Source: an uncultured Christensenella sp. (GTDB lineage: Bacteria > Bacillota > Clostridia > Christensenellales > UBA1242). From it: DNA of 64,000 bases. The position numbers and the translations under genes were made by a program. The stretch covers positions 136,930 to 200,929 of the forward strand of contig CAJTYR010000002.1 of assembly GCA_910584295.1 (NCBI GenBank), written 5' to 3'. The notes beneath the pieces were generated by a model. It saw only the letters and a list, made by a program, of their open reading frames with translations, searched no databases and was not told where the DNA came from. Below are positions 35,618 through 45,371 of the stretch, one piece after another (within the stretch, counting starts at the first letter, position 1; each line of letters starts with the position of its first letter).

Positions 35618-35703
35618 TGGTGCCGAAGGTGGGAGTCGAACCCACATGAAGTTGCCCTCGCGGGATTTTGAGTCCCGTGCGTCTGCCATTCCGCCACTTC
35701 GGC
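35618..35703 (-). tRNA. tRNA-Leu (anticodon CAA), class II with long variable arm, CCA encoded
   Basis: The reverse complement is GCCGAAGTGGCGGAATGGCAGACGCACGGGACTCAAAATCCCGCGAGGGCAACTTCATGTGGGTTCGACTCCCACCTTCGGCACCA. Acceptor stem GCCGAAG / CTTCGGC, anticodon loop CTCAAAA, T-loop GGTTCGACTCC. Confidence 0.93.
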
Positions 35704-35911
35704 TTGTCGCAATCTGCGTTTATGCTTGTTTTTGTTGATTGATCAAGTAACGGGTATATTCTATCATAAAATTCCTTTTTTGACAAGTGTTTTTATGTTT
35801 TTTATATACTTTTTTAAACTTTTTGTTGATTTCTCAAAAACATTCTGGGAAACTTCCTATTGATTTTTGCTCATTATTGTGATATATTAAATATGTTGAG
35901 GAGGGGAACAA

Positions 35912-37414
35912 ATGCCATCTGTTAAAGAAATTAAAACCAAATATGATGAGTTTGTCAGAAGAGGTGGAAAACCAGAAATGATTGCAAAAAAATCTATTGA
36001 TACAGTAGCAAGAGATATCTATAAACTGGTGAATAGTTCTGAACTTTTTGGTGATGGGGGAATTCGTTTGTCTTTGGAAGAAAAAATGAAAGTGGTTGGA
36101 ATTCCTTTTGTTGCTCAAAAACTTCCTTTTGAAAAAAGAGTTGAAGTCATTAGAACTTTGCTTTCAGAGTTTGTTGAGGCTGGTGGAAAAGTTGAAGATT
36201 TGAAGAAAACTGATTACATATATCAACAAATTCATGGAATCAAATTGTACAATGACGAAGGGAAAAGGCTCTCCATGGAAGAGAAGTTTGAATATTTGGG
36301 TCATCCAAGAAAGGCTAAAATGTCGCAAGATGTGAGAGCGGATGCAATTGCTGCCATTTCAAAGTTTATTGAAGAAAGCGGGGATATCTATATGACAAGA
36401 AAATATCTTCCTTTCTTTAGGGCTGAGTATGGTTCTTATGCACAAACTCAAAGACCAAGAGTCTCTGGAGATTTAGCATTTCAGACAAACATGAGAGAAT
36501 TGGGTTTTGACTATTCAGAGATGTATTACAAATTTAGAAAGATTGAAGAACTTTCACAATACAAAAACGAAGATGGCTATGTTGATAGTTATAGAAAAAA
36601 CACAAAGATGGACAATTTCATCAAAATTTCTGCATATAAACTAGGTTTGCCAATCCCTGTCTTTGTGGGGCTTGTTGGAAATGCTGATCTTGAAGGGTGC
36701 TATCTTGACACCGAATATTTTGGATTTGTTAGAGAAGCGTTGCAAAAATATTTGAAGATTCATACCGATTTTGTGGGATTGTCAAAAAAAGACAAGCCTC
36801 TTTATGAAAAGATGAGGCATATTGGCAGGATGGCTTTTGTGCCAGAAGGGAGTGAGTTGACGACAGACGACATTGCTTGCCTTTTGGGATTTGATGGGGT
36901 CAAAAGCGATTTTGGTGATGGCTATGAGACTTCAAATGTGAGTGAGATATTACATAATGCGAGAAACATTGCAATGCAAAAAGGAGGTAAACTTACAAGA
37001 GCAGATTTGCCAGAAAGTGATTATAGGCGACTCATTAACATGATCGCTTCAACAGGTGCAACAACGAGTGCTTTCTTCAAACTTTATGACATTGATTATG
37101 AAGGAAAAGAGGGACAAAGGCTTTCAAGAGTTTGGGTGGACAAATATCCTTATATGAAAGAAATGAGGGCTGAGCGTGACCGCATTTTGAAAGAAAATGG
37201 TGTCAGCATGAATGGTGATTGCAAAAAAGAAGATTTGTTTGATGTTTTGATTGTTGCAAGTTTGCAAGCCTTTGAGAAGTATAAGCCCCAAATCTTCAAT
37301 TTTGAAGCGGAGTTTTTTACAAAAAGTGAAAAGGATGCAAGAAGAAAGGCTAAAGAGGAAGCCTTTTTGCCAAAGTCAGTGAGAGGGAATCCACAAGGAA
37401 ACGGAAAGGTTTAA
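35912..37414 (+). CDS. Hypothetical cytoplasmic protein (500 aa) with an internal repeat
   Basis: RBS GAGGAGGGG. Repeated segments are GIRLSLEEKMKVVGIPF and GKRLSMEEKFEYLGHPR. There is no TM segment and no recognised catalytic motif. Confidence 0.6.
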   Translation: MPSVKEIKTKYDEFVRRGGKPEMIAKKSIDTVARDIYKLVNSSELFGDGGIRLSLEEKMKVVGIPFVAQKLPFEKRVEVIRTLLSEFVEAGGKVEDLKKTDYIYQQIHGIKLYNDEGKRLSMEEKFEYLGHPRKAKMSQDVRADAIAAISKFIEESGDIYMTRKYLPFFRAEYGSYAQTQRPRVSGDLAFQTNMRELGFDYSEMYYKFRKIEELSQYKNEDGYVDSYRKNTKMDNFIKISAYKLGLPIPVFVGLVGNADLEGCYLDTEYFGFVREALQKYLKIHTDFVGLSKKDKPLYEKMRHIGRMAFVPEGSELTTDDIACLLGFDGVKSDFGDGYETSNVSEILHNARNIAMQKGGKLTRADLPESDYRRLINMIASTGATTSAFFKLYDIDYEGKEGQRLSRVWVDKYPYMKEMRAERDRILKENGVSMNGDCKKEDLFDVLIVASLQAFEKYKPQIFNFEAEFFTKSEKDARRKAKEEAFLPKSVRGNPQGNGKV

Positions 37415-37432
37415 ATCATCTAACAAAATTTG

Positions 37433-37461
37433 AAAGTAAGCATCAAAATTGCTTACTTTTT
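37433..37461 (+). terminator. Intrinsic terminator
   Basis: Stem AAAGTAAGC / GCTTACTTT with a 9-nt loop and a T-run. Confidence 0.8.
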
Positions 37462-37545
37462 CATTTTTTATTATTTGTTTGCAAATAGCAGAAAAGAGAT
37501 GTTATAATATATTTGAAAATAGTTTAGGCTTTAGGATAATTTAAT

Positions 37546-39897
37546 ATGATTTTTAAAAAATTTTTCAATCAAAACTCATCTCTTGTTGAGGAATATGCAA
37601 AAGAGTTTAATGTTTTGCCCTCGACAATGTATTTGATTTTATCTCGTGGCTTTTCCACAAAAGAACAGGTGCGGGATTATCTTTCTATGGGAGAACTGCT
37701 TGACCCATTTCTCATAAAAAATATGAAAGAACTTTGTGATAGGGTGAATTTGGCAAAACAAATGGGTGATCGTGTGCTTATTTTTGGAGACTATGATGTG
37801 GATGGAATAAGTGCAACAGCAATCATGCTTAAGACACTTAAAAGATTGGGTATAGATGCAGATTTCTATCTTCCAAATCGCTATGTTGATGGCTATGGCT
37901 TGACTTGCGATTGTATTGACAAAATTGAAAAGCAGTTTGCTCCAGATTTGATTATCACTGTGGACTGCGGGATAACATGCTTTAAAGAAGTGGAATATGC
38001 AAAAGAGAAAGGGATTGAAGTGATTGTGACTGACCATCATGAAATTCCAGAAATCTTGCCAGATACTATTGTTTTAAATGCGAAAATCGAGGGACAAGAA
38101 TATCCATTTAGAGAACTTTGTGGAACAGGACTTGCATACAAAATAAGTGAGGCACTTTTGGGTGCGAAGAAAGCAGAAGAGTTTTTGCCAATTGCTGCCA
38201 TAGCAACAATTGCAGACATTGTTTCGTTGACTGGGGAAAACAGAAATCTTGTCAAAAGAGGACTTAAAAGTTTTGATAAGTTGCCATTTGGACTTAAGGC
38301 TTTGTTTAAAGAAAACAAGGTTTCACTTTCCAATCCTTCAGCAACTTCGATTGCCATGAAAATTGCACCCAAAATAAACTCTTCAGGCAGAATGGGAGAT
38401 GCTGCAGACAGTTTAGCACTTTATATGAGTGAAGATCCAGTTGTTGTGAAAAAGTATCTTGAGAAAATCAAAAAACACAACACCAAGAGAAGAGATTTAT
38501 CCTCAAAAGTTATGGAAGATTGTGAAAAAGCAATCAAAAAAATGGATTTATCAAAAACACGTGTGATTTGTCTTGCTTCAAAAAAGTGGGATCAAGGTAT
38601 TTTGGGAATTGCATGTGCAAGGCTTGTTGAGCAGTTTCACAGACCAGTCTTTTTATTTTCACAAGTGGATGATGTTTTGCATGGGTCTGGAAGGAGCATT
38701 GATGACATCAACATCCATGAGTTGCTTTCATCGCTCAAAGACATTTTGGAGACATTTGGTGGACATACTATGGCTGCCGGAGTGACACTTAAGAGAAATC
38801 ACTATGAAGAGTTTGTCAATCGTGTCAATTCTTTTGTTTTTGAGAAAATCAATGACAAAGTGTTTATGCCAATCAAATATTATGATTTGGACTTGAAAAA
38901 TGAGGAAATCACTGACAGGTTTTTGAGTGAACTTTCGCTTTTGGAACCAGTTGGTTGTGGCAATGCAAGACCTAGATTTAGGATCAGTGCAGAAAGCATT
39001 GAAGTGACTCCAATGAGATATTGTCCGGCACATTGTGAAATCAAAGTTGGAAATCTCAATTTGGTGTATTACAATTTTTCAAAAAAGTATGATGAGTTGA
39101 AATTTGCTAGATATAAATCTTTCATATTTGAATTTCAAGATGAGGGACGAAATGGGGTGGTGAGCGACTTTGATTGTGGGAGTTTTATCACGCCAGATGC
39201 ACACATGTTCACATATCCAGTTCAGTATGAGCAATTGGGGTACGCGGACAACAGGCCTTCAAAATTTTCATTTTATCCTCAAAGCGAGCTTTTGAATTTT
39301 GTTGCAGGCATGGGAGATCAAGTTTTCGGCACAGCATTTGTGGCGTATTCGGCTTATGACTTTGTCAATTTTTCAAAAGAATATTCAAAAGACAACATTT
39401 TCCATATTGGAATATATAATGAGGACTGCACAGGCTTCAACAGCCTTTTGCTTTCTCCAACAGGTGTGAAATGGGCAAAAAACTTCAATCGTATTGTCTT
39501 TTTGTCCCCAGTTTTGGATGAAGGCTTTATTGCGGAACTTAATGAAGTGACTTCGGCAGAGATTTTTGTGCCTATGGAAAGAGAAATTGACAAAAGTAGA
39601 TTTGCTGGACTTGACCTGTCAAGAGAGACTTTTGGCAAGGTGTTTAAAGCACTTACTGCGAGAAATTTCGCAAGATATTATTCTATTTTTGATATTTATC
39701 AAAATAAATTAAAAGGGCAGATTGCTTTTGACAGTTTTTATGTTGGTTTTTTGGTTTTTAAAGATTTGAAACTTATTTCAGCTTTAAAAGGAGACTGTTT
39801 TGTGGTTGAAGAGGTGAAAAGTCATAAGAAAAATTTGAATGAATCTGCTCTATATAATAAGCTTTTGCTCTTGAAAAATACATTGGGAGATATATGA
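37546..39897 (+). CDS. recJ: Single-stranded-DNA-specific exonuclease RecJ
   Basis: DHH-family motifs DYDVDGISA, VDCG and VTDHHE, plus a DHHA1 GGHTMAAG motif; 783 aa. Confidence 0.93.
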   Translation: MIFKKFFNQNSSLVEEYAKEFNVLPSTMYLILSRGFSTKEQVRDYLSMGELLDPFLIKNMKELCDRVNLAKQMGDRVLIFGDYDVDGISATAIMLKTLKRLGIDADFYLPNRYVDGYGLTCDCIDKIEKQFAPDLIITVDCGITCFKEVEYAKEKGIEVIVTDHHEIPEILPDTIVLNAKIEGQEYPFRELCGTGLAYKISEALLGAKKAEEFLPIAAIATIADIVSLTGENRNLVKRGLKSFDKLPFGLKALFKENKVSLSNPSATSIAMKIAPKINSSGRMGDAADSLALYMSEDPVVVKKYLEKIKKHNTKRRDLSSKVMEDCEKAIKKMDLSKTRVICLASKKWDQGILGIACARLVEQFHRPVFLFSQVDDVLHGSGRSIDDINIHELLSSLKDILETFGGHTMAAGVTLKRNHYEEFVNRVNSFVFEKINDKVFMPIKYYDLDLKNEEITDRFLSELSLLEPVGCGNARPRFRISAESIEVTPMRYCPAHCEIKVGNLNLVYYNFSKKYDELKFARYKSFIFEFQDEGRNGVVSDFDCGSFITPDAHMFTYPVQYEQLGYADNRPSKFSFYPQSELLNFVAGMGDQVFGTAFVAYSAYDFVNFSKEYSKDNIFHIGIYNEDCTGFNSLLLSPTGVKWAKNFNRIVFLSPVLDEGFIAELNEVTSAEIFVPMEREIDKSRFAGLDLSRETFGKVFKALTARNFARYYSIFDIYQNKLKGQIAFDSFYVGFLVFKDLKLISALKGDCFVVEEVKSHKKNLNESALYNKLLLLKNTLGDI

Positions 39898-41993
39898 AAA
39901 ATAACGAACTAAAAAACAAAGTTTTGGACAAAATTAGATCAAATTTCAAGCTTTCTGATAAGCAAAAAGATATGCTTGAAAAGTGTTTTGTCGACGATAT
40001 TAATGTGCCAAGACTTGAGACAGTTATTGATATTATGATTGAATATAGTATGGGGGCGGACATATTGATCCCATACATCCTTTTTCAAGCCTATAAGACG
40101 AATAAAGAGACAGCCCAAACACTTGCAGAAAAAGATTTAACTCCAGAAGAGAAAAAACTCTTTGAGACTTTTATCACGGTTAAAGATGTGAGGTCTCTTT
40201 CACGAAGTGGGGAAGCGGAAAGCATAAGAAAAATCTTTGTTGCAATTTGCCAAGATATCAGAATTGTTATCGTCAAGTTTGCTACAATCTTATATGACCT
40301 TAAACTCATCAAGCCGCCAATGTCGCAAGAGGACTTGGACTATGTCAAACTTGTCAATGATGTGTTTGCTCCACTTGCTGAAAGATTGGGACTATCTGCT
40401 TTTAAATTTGCTTTTGAGGATTTTTGTTTTGAGCTTCTTGAGCCAAAAGCATTCGAAGAACTTAAAAACAACATTTATCTCAAAAAAGAGGACAATGAAA
40501 AACAAATTCTTATAACAAAAGAAAAACTTGAAAATGTTCTCTCTGAACTTGGAATTAAGGGAGAAATTCAATATCGTCAAAAGCATTTTGCAAGTATCTA
40601 TAAAAAACTTAAGTCAAAGGCTGGCTCGCTGGAAAACATATATGACATTATTGCGATGAGAGTGTTGGTTGACACCATTGAAGATTGTTATAGTGTGCTT
40701 GGAAAAATTCATCTCATTTATAAGCCTATGAGTGGAAGAGTGAAAGACTATATTGCAAATCCGAAACCAAATGGCTATCAAAGTTTGCATACTACAATCA
40801 TTGCTGAAAACAGCAGACCACTTGAAATTCAGATAAGAACTTTTGAAATGCACAAGTTTTCTGAATATGGAATTGCGGCACACTGGATTTACAAAGAGAA
40901 ACGTGGACAAAACAAATTTGATCAAAAGATGACATGGTTTAGACAAATGATGGAAAACACACAGGATTTGTCATCAGATGAATTTATTGAGACTTTGAAG
41001 GTGGATCTTTATGCAGAGTCACTTTTTGTTCAAACTCCAAAGGGAAAAGTTCTTGAATTTCCAGTTGGTGCAACAGTTTTAGATTTTGCTTATGCCATTC
41101 ACTCTGATGTTGGAAATCGCTGTGTTGGTGCAAAAGTAAATGGCAAAATGGTGCCAATCACAACAAAACTTTCAAATGGTGATGTTTGTGAAATTTTGAC
41201 AAATCCAAACAGTAAGGGACCTTCAAGAGATTGGCTTCTCAAAGTCAAATCTTCAAATGCGAGAGCAAAAATAAGGGCATTTTTCAAGAGTGAACTCAAA
41301 GAAGAAAACATCAGAATTGGGAAACTTGTTTTGGAGCAAGCAATCAAAAACAGTGGTATAAATTTGACAAAAACACAAAAAGAAGAATATTTGCTTCGTA
41401 TTGCAGGCTCAATTATGATTGAAACGCTTGATGTGCTTTATGCTGAAATTGGTGCTGGAAGTCTTTCTGCAAATGGAATTGTTGGAAGAATAATCAATCT
41501 CTACAACAAAGATAAATCGCTTGAAATCAAAGAAAACACGATCGTTGTCAAAAAAAACAAAGATGGAGTGCTTGTTGATGGAGACAGCGGACTGCTTGTC
41601 AGATATGCAGGTTGTTGCACTCCTGTCACTGGTGATGACATTGTGGGATATATCTCTCGTGGCAGAGGAGTGACGATTCACAGAAGCTCTTGTCAAAATT
41701 TGAAATATCTTGAGCAAGAAAGACTGATAAAAGCAGAGTGGCAAGAAAATGCAACTTCAAGTTTTGTTGCGGTCATAAAAGTGCATGCTGATGATGTCAA
41801 CTCTGTTATCAACTCTCTCAATTCAATTTCAAGAGAGTTGAAAGGAAAACTTAAGGGATTTGGCTATAAGGAAGTCAAAGATGAACTTGTCTTTGAAATT
41901 GTTGTTCTTATTTCAAACAAAAAAGAACTTGAGGACATTATCAAGGATTTTGAACATGTTAAATTTGTGAGAAAGGTTTATAGGAGCGAGTGA
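39894..41993 (+). CDS. relA: Long RelA/SpoT homologue: intact (p)ppGpp synthetase, TGS and ACT domains, degenerate N-terminal hydrolase domain
   Basis: Synthetase motifs YRQKHFASIYKKL, DIIAMRVLV, GYQSLHTTI and EIQIRTFEMHKFSEYGIAAHWIYKE. TGS segment VQTPKGKVLEFPVGATVLDFAYAIHSDVG. The first ~190 aa contain no His. ATGA overlap with the recJ stop. Confidence 0.9.
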   Translation: MKNNELKNKVLDKIRSNFKLSDKQKDMLEKCFVDDINVPRLETVIDIMIEYSMGADILIPYILFQAYKTNKETAQTLAEKDLTPEEKKLFETFITVKDVRSLSRSGEAESIRKIFVAICQDIRIVIVKFATILYDLKLIKPPMSQEDLDYVKLVNDVFAPLAERLGLSAFKFAFEDFCFELLEPKAFEELKNNIYLKKEDNEKQILITKEKLENVLSELGIKGEIQYRQKHFASIYKKLKSKAGSLENIYDIIAMRVLVDTIEDCYSVLGKIHLIYKPMSGRVKDYIANPKPNGYQSLHTTIIAENSRPLEIQIRTFEMHKFSEYGIAAHWIYKEKRGQNKFDQKMTWFRQMMENTQDLSSDEFIETLKVDLYAESLFVQTPKGKVLEFPVGATVLDFAYAIHSDVGNRCVGAKVNGKMVPITTKLSNGDVCEILTNPNSKGPSRDWLLKVKSSNARAKIRAFFKSELKEENIRIGKLVLEQAIKNSGINLTKTQKEEYLLRIAGSIMIETLDVLYAEIGAGSLSANGIVGRIINLYNKDKSLEIKENTIVVKKNKDGVLVDGDSGLLVRYAGCCTPVTGDDIVGYISRGRGVTIHRSSCQNLKYLEQERLIKAEWQENATSSFVAVIKVHADDVNSVINSLNSISRELKGKLKGFGYKEVKDELVFEIVVLISNKKELEDIIKDFEHVKFVRKVYRSE

Positions 41994-43393
41994 TGAAGAT
42001 CGTTTGTCAAAACGAAGACTTTGAAAAAGATATGCAAGATTTGGTCAATCTGTTTTATGAAGAGACAGATTGTCCTTTCTCACTTTCTCATTCTTTCAAA
42101 CTTGAAGCAAACGACGTTGAAAGTGAAATTAAAATCAAAGAAAGTGCAGAAACATTTTTAAGTGTTTTCTCTTTGCCTTTGGGGCTTGATGAACTTCGTA
42201 AGAAAAGCTTTCTTAAGAGAAGTTTCAAAAATCAACTCTATGACCTCTTAAGTAAAAAAGCAAACAAGACTTTGCCTTGGGGGTCGCTTACTGGGGTGAG
42301 ACCAACCAAGTTTGCACGTGACCTTGTGGAAAGAAACGAAATCAAACCTCATCTTGTCACAGAAAGCCTCATGAGAGATTATCGAGTTTCTCTTGAAAAA
42401 GCAAAATTGGCTGTTCAGATTTTGGGCAATCAAAAATGCATAATTAAAAATGACAAGCTTGTTGACCTTTTTATTAATATTCCAATTTGTCCAAGCAGGT
42501 GCAATTATTGTTCATTTATCTCAAATGAACTTTGGACTGTCAAGGATAAGGTGGAAAGTTATTTGAAATGCGTTATAAATGAGTTGGAAGCGGTCAAAAA
42601 TCTCATTTTGGAAAAGGCTTATATTGTGCGTACAATCTACATTGGTGGTGGCACTCCAACGGTTTTGACAGCAGAGCAGCTTGAGCGTCTTTTGTCAAAA
42701 ATAAATTATCCTGTGAAAGAATTCACTGTTGAGTGTGGACGAGCTGACACAATAACCAGAGAGAAACTTGAGGTTTTGAAAAAATATGGGGTGACAAGAA
42801 TTTCTATCAACCCTCAAACTTTTTGTGAGGCAACTCTTAAAAGAATTGGACGAAAAACAACTAATAAGCAAGTTTTTGATGCCTATATGCTTGCAATGGA
42901 ATATGATTTTGTTGTCAATATGGATCTTATTGCAGGTTTGAGTGAAGAAAGATTAGGGATTTTTAAAAGGACTTTGAAAACCACTCTTGAGCTTTTTCCA
43001 CATAACATAACTGTGCATACCTTGTCTGTTAAAAATGCAGCACAGATTCGTGGACAAGAGGTGAAGTTTCAATCAGATGTGCCAAAAATGGTTGATTATG
43101 CACAGAAAACTCTTTTTGAAAATGGATATAAGCCATATTATTTATATCGTCAAAAACATCAGGTGGGAGGGCTTGAAAATGTTGGATATTTCAGAGATGA
43201 TCATGTGTGCATATTCAACATTGACAGCATGGAAGATGTTTCATCAGTGATTGCTATTGGTGCTGGTGCAATCTCAAAAAGGGTCTTTAATCTTGAAAAC
43301 AGAATAGAGCGTCAGCCAAACTGTAAGTTTATCTGTGATTATATTGATCGAATTGATGAAATGATTGATAAAAAAATCAAATTCTTCAGTTGA
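41993..43393 (+). CDS. hemZ: HemN/HemZ-like radical SAM protein (oxygen-independent coproporphyrinogen-III oxidase family)
   Basis: CPSRCNYCSF (CxxxCxxC), preceded by a ~160-aa N-terminal extension as in HemZ-type proteins. The start overlaps the rel stop (TGATG); the GTG at 41990 is an alternative. Confidence 0.7.
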   Translation: MKIVCQNEDFEKDMQDLVNLFYEETDCPFSLSHSFKLEANDVESEIKIKESAETFLSVFSLPLGLDELRKKSFLKRSFKNQLYDLLSKKANKTLPWGSLTGVRPTKFARDLVERNEIKPHLVTESLMRDYRVSLEKAKLAVQILGNQKCIIKNDKLVDLFINIPICPSRCNYCSFISNELWTVKDKVESYLKCVINELEAVKNLILEKAYIVRTIYIGGGTPTVLTAEQLERLLSKINYPVKEFTVECGRADTITREKLEVLKKYGVTRISINPQTFCEATLKRIGRKTTNKQVFDAYMLAMEYDFVVNMDLIAGLSEERLGIFKRTLKTTLELFPHNITVHTLSVKNAAQIRGQEVKFQSDVPKMVDYAQKTLFENGYKPYYLYRQKHQVGGLENVGYFRDDHVCIFNIDSMEDVSSVIAIGAGAISKRVFNLENRIERQPNCKFICDYIDRIDEMIDKKIKFFS

Positions 43394-43480
43394 CACATTA
43401 TGTGAGTTTTAAATTCAGGCAACGCAGATTTATCAAGAGATTAAACAAAAAGTGGCAAGGCAATAAAAAACTTATTTCAA

Positions 43481-43720
43481 TCAGTTTTGTGAAATAAGTT
43501 TTAGGTAGAGTACCATTGCCTCTTCTTTTTTATATCCCAAGTCCATGAGCACATTAAGTGCAAGTTCGCTGTCGCAAGACATAAAAAATTTTTCGCCATC
43601 ATCCAGAAAGGATGAAATTGTATTTAGAATAAGCCATTTCTTTTTGTCTTTTTGATAAATTTTTATAAGCGTATTGCATTTTTGTTTGAGTTCTTTAAGG
43701 ATTTCATGCTTATTTTTCAC
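43481..43720 (-). CDS. Hypothetical small protein (79 aa), overlapping partner of the upstream 363-aa gene
   Basis: An 11-nt overlap with the preceding gene suggests translational coupling. The protein looks helical and K/E-rich. No family was recognised. Confidence 0.5.
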   Translation of the reverse strand: MKNKHEILKELKQKCNTLIKIYQKDKKKWLILNTISSFLDDGEKFFMSCDSELALNVLMDLGYKKEEAMVLYLKLISQN

Positions 43721-44801
43721 TTCTTCCTCCTGTTATTTGTGCAGATGGAGGGGAGGCGGGTTTTCCTGTATTCATAAGTTCTGACCCAAATCTTTTTGAA
43801 GTTTTGCTCGAAAAAACAACACTTTCTTTTGCAAGAATTTTGTGCAGGAGTGAAATTCTGTCTGTTTTTTTAATGCTTTTATCTTTTAATGAAATTTCAA
43901 AAATCTCAAGGCTGTCAAAATTCTCTGCACCTTCAACATCTTTATAACCTTTTTTATTTACAAAAAGATATTCTTTTATTTCTTTGTTTTCACAAATGAA
44001 GGTTGAGTCAATGTATTTTGTGCTTCCATAGATGTTGTATGAAGAAAAGATTCTTTTATATATTTCTGACACATAGGTGAGTGCTGCAAATGAGTATTCA
44101 GGCACATCTTTTATTGCGTCTAAGAATAAACCAAGTTTTTCGTCAAAGGAAATTTTTTTATAGTCGCTACAACTTATTTTTAAGCATTTATATAATTCTT
44201 GTTTTTGTTCTTTTTCTTTGATGGCATCGCTTTCTGCTTTAATTAAAGAAAGAAGTTTTTCTTTTGCTTGTTGCGTGTTTCCAATGTAATCCTCTCTCCA
44301 ACCTTTTAGGATGTGGTTGCCATATTTCGCAAGACCTAAATCCATGTCAATTCCCATGCAGGCATCGATTCTTAAATGAACCCCCTCAATTGTGCATGAG
44401 ATGGGTTGATGATTATTTTCAAAGGAAAGATAGTTTGTTTCGCTTAGGAGGAGGTTATTTCTAAAATCGTCTTCGTTTATTAAATCTCTATCAAAGAAAA
44501 TATAACAACATATTGCAGAAAAAAGAAAACAAACCACTTCTTTATTTTTTTCTCCATCAATTGTCTCAACATAGGAATATTTTGACATTTCATTTTGAAT
44601 TGGAGTTGGGAGAGGAAGGTTTCTTGCTTCAGTCAAAACTTCTTCAACATAAAAATCAACAGAGTAGTTCAATTTTTTGCAAAGGCGATTATATATGTGT
44701 CGAGCTTCTTCAAGTGGGGTGCTGTTTGAAGGAAGTTCTGCAATTGCATATTCGTATAATTTTGGGTTAACTGAAAAGCATGTAAATTTACTCTTTTTCA
44801 A
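43710..44801 (-). CDS. Hypothetical protein (363 aa), possibly a transglutaminase-like Cys-His-Asp fold
   Basis: RBS GGAGG lies upstream (AAAGAAGGAGGTCTCATTTTG, TTG start). Candidate triad context: EVVCFLFSAIC ... GVHLRIDACMGIDMD. This assignment is weak. Confidence 0.5.
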   Translation of the reverse strand: MKKSKFTCFSVNPKLYEYAIAELPSNSTPLEEARHIYNRLCKKLNYSVDFYVEEVLTEARNLPLPTPIQNEMSKYSYVETIDGEKNKEVVCFLFSAICCYIFFDRDLINEDDFRNNLLLSETNYLSFENNHQPISCTIEGVHLRIDACMGIDMDLGLAKYGNHILKGWREDYIGNTQQAKEKLLSLIKAESDAIKEKEQKQELYKCLKISCSDYKKISFDEKLGLFLDAIKDVPEYSFAALTYVSEIYKRIFSSYNIYGSTKYIDSTFICENKEIKEYLFVNKKGYKDVEGAENFDSLEIFEISLKDKSIKKTDRISLLHKILAKESVVFSSKTSKRFGSELMNTGKPASPPSAQITGGRSEK

Positions 44802-44922
44802 AATGAGACCTCCTTCTTTTAATATTCATCTTTATTTTATCATTTTGCTTTAAAAAAGTCAATATGGGTTTATTTTTAAGAGAAATTGGGAAGAAATTCT
44901 CTTGAAAATTTTATGCAAATAC

Positions 44923-44951
44923 TAGACTTTTTTTGGAGAGTGTGATATACT
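44923..44951 (+). promoter_or_regulatory. Putative rpsO promoter (extended -10), followed by an ~90-nt leader
   Basis: TAGACT, a 17-nt spacer, then TGA-TATACT (hexamer 44946-44951). The leader contains the hairpin AAAGTC / GACTTT. It may be an S15 autoregulatory leader. Confidence 0.4.
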
Positions 44952-45045
44952 TACAAAGTCGATGATGACTTTGGCGCAGTTTCTGGGAGACCTTTGACCT
45001 GATACTTCGCTTAAGCCAATTAAAATTTAATGAAGGAGAACAAAA

Positions 45046-45309
45046 ATGCAATCAAAATCTGAAATTATTGCAAAATTCAAGCAATCAGAAAATGACACAG
45101 GTTCAGTTCAAGTTCAAGTTGCTCTTTTGACTGAAAGAATCAACCACTTGACAGAACACTTGAAGACCAATCACAATGACAATCACTCAAGACGTGGACT
45201 TTTGAAAATGGTTGGAAAACGTAAGGGCTTCTTGCAATACCTCAAAGATCGAGATATTGAAGCTTACAGAAAACTCATTGCTGACCTTGGATTAAGAGAA
45301 ATTAAATAA
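45046..45309 (+). CDS. rpsO: 30S ribosomal protein S15
   Basis: 87 aa with [38 protein letters not shown]. Confidence 0.97.
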   Translation: MQSKSEIIAKFKQSENDTGSVQVQVALLTERINHLTEHLKTNHNDNHSRRGLLKMVGKRKGFLQYLKDRDIEAYRKLIADLGLREIK

Positions 45310-45371
45310 CATAAGGGGGAGCATTTTTTTCGCTTCCTTTTTGTTTCTCAAAAAAGAAAAAAGGAGAATTT

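Noticed and set aside
34430-35703. Possible integrative element inserted at the 3' end of tRNA-Leu.
   Set aside because: There is no integrase or recombinase gene. I could not find a direct repeat of the tRNA 3' end in the adjacent 1.2 kb. Only one small AT-rich gene is present.
35601-35786. 61-aa - strand ORF in the supplied track.
   Set aside because: It overlaps the tRNA-Leu(CAA) gene (35618-35703) on the same strand. The tRNA fold is unambiguous, so the ORF is spurious.
45310-45371. Possible terminator or RNase III-type hairpin between rpsO and pnp.
   Set aside because: GGGGGAGC...CGCTTCC pairs only imperfectly. I could not draw a convincing stem, so it is not reported as a feature.
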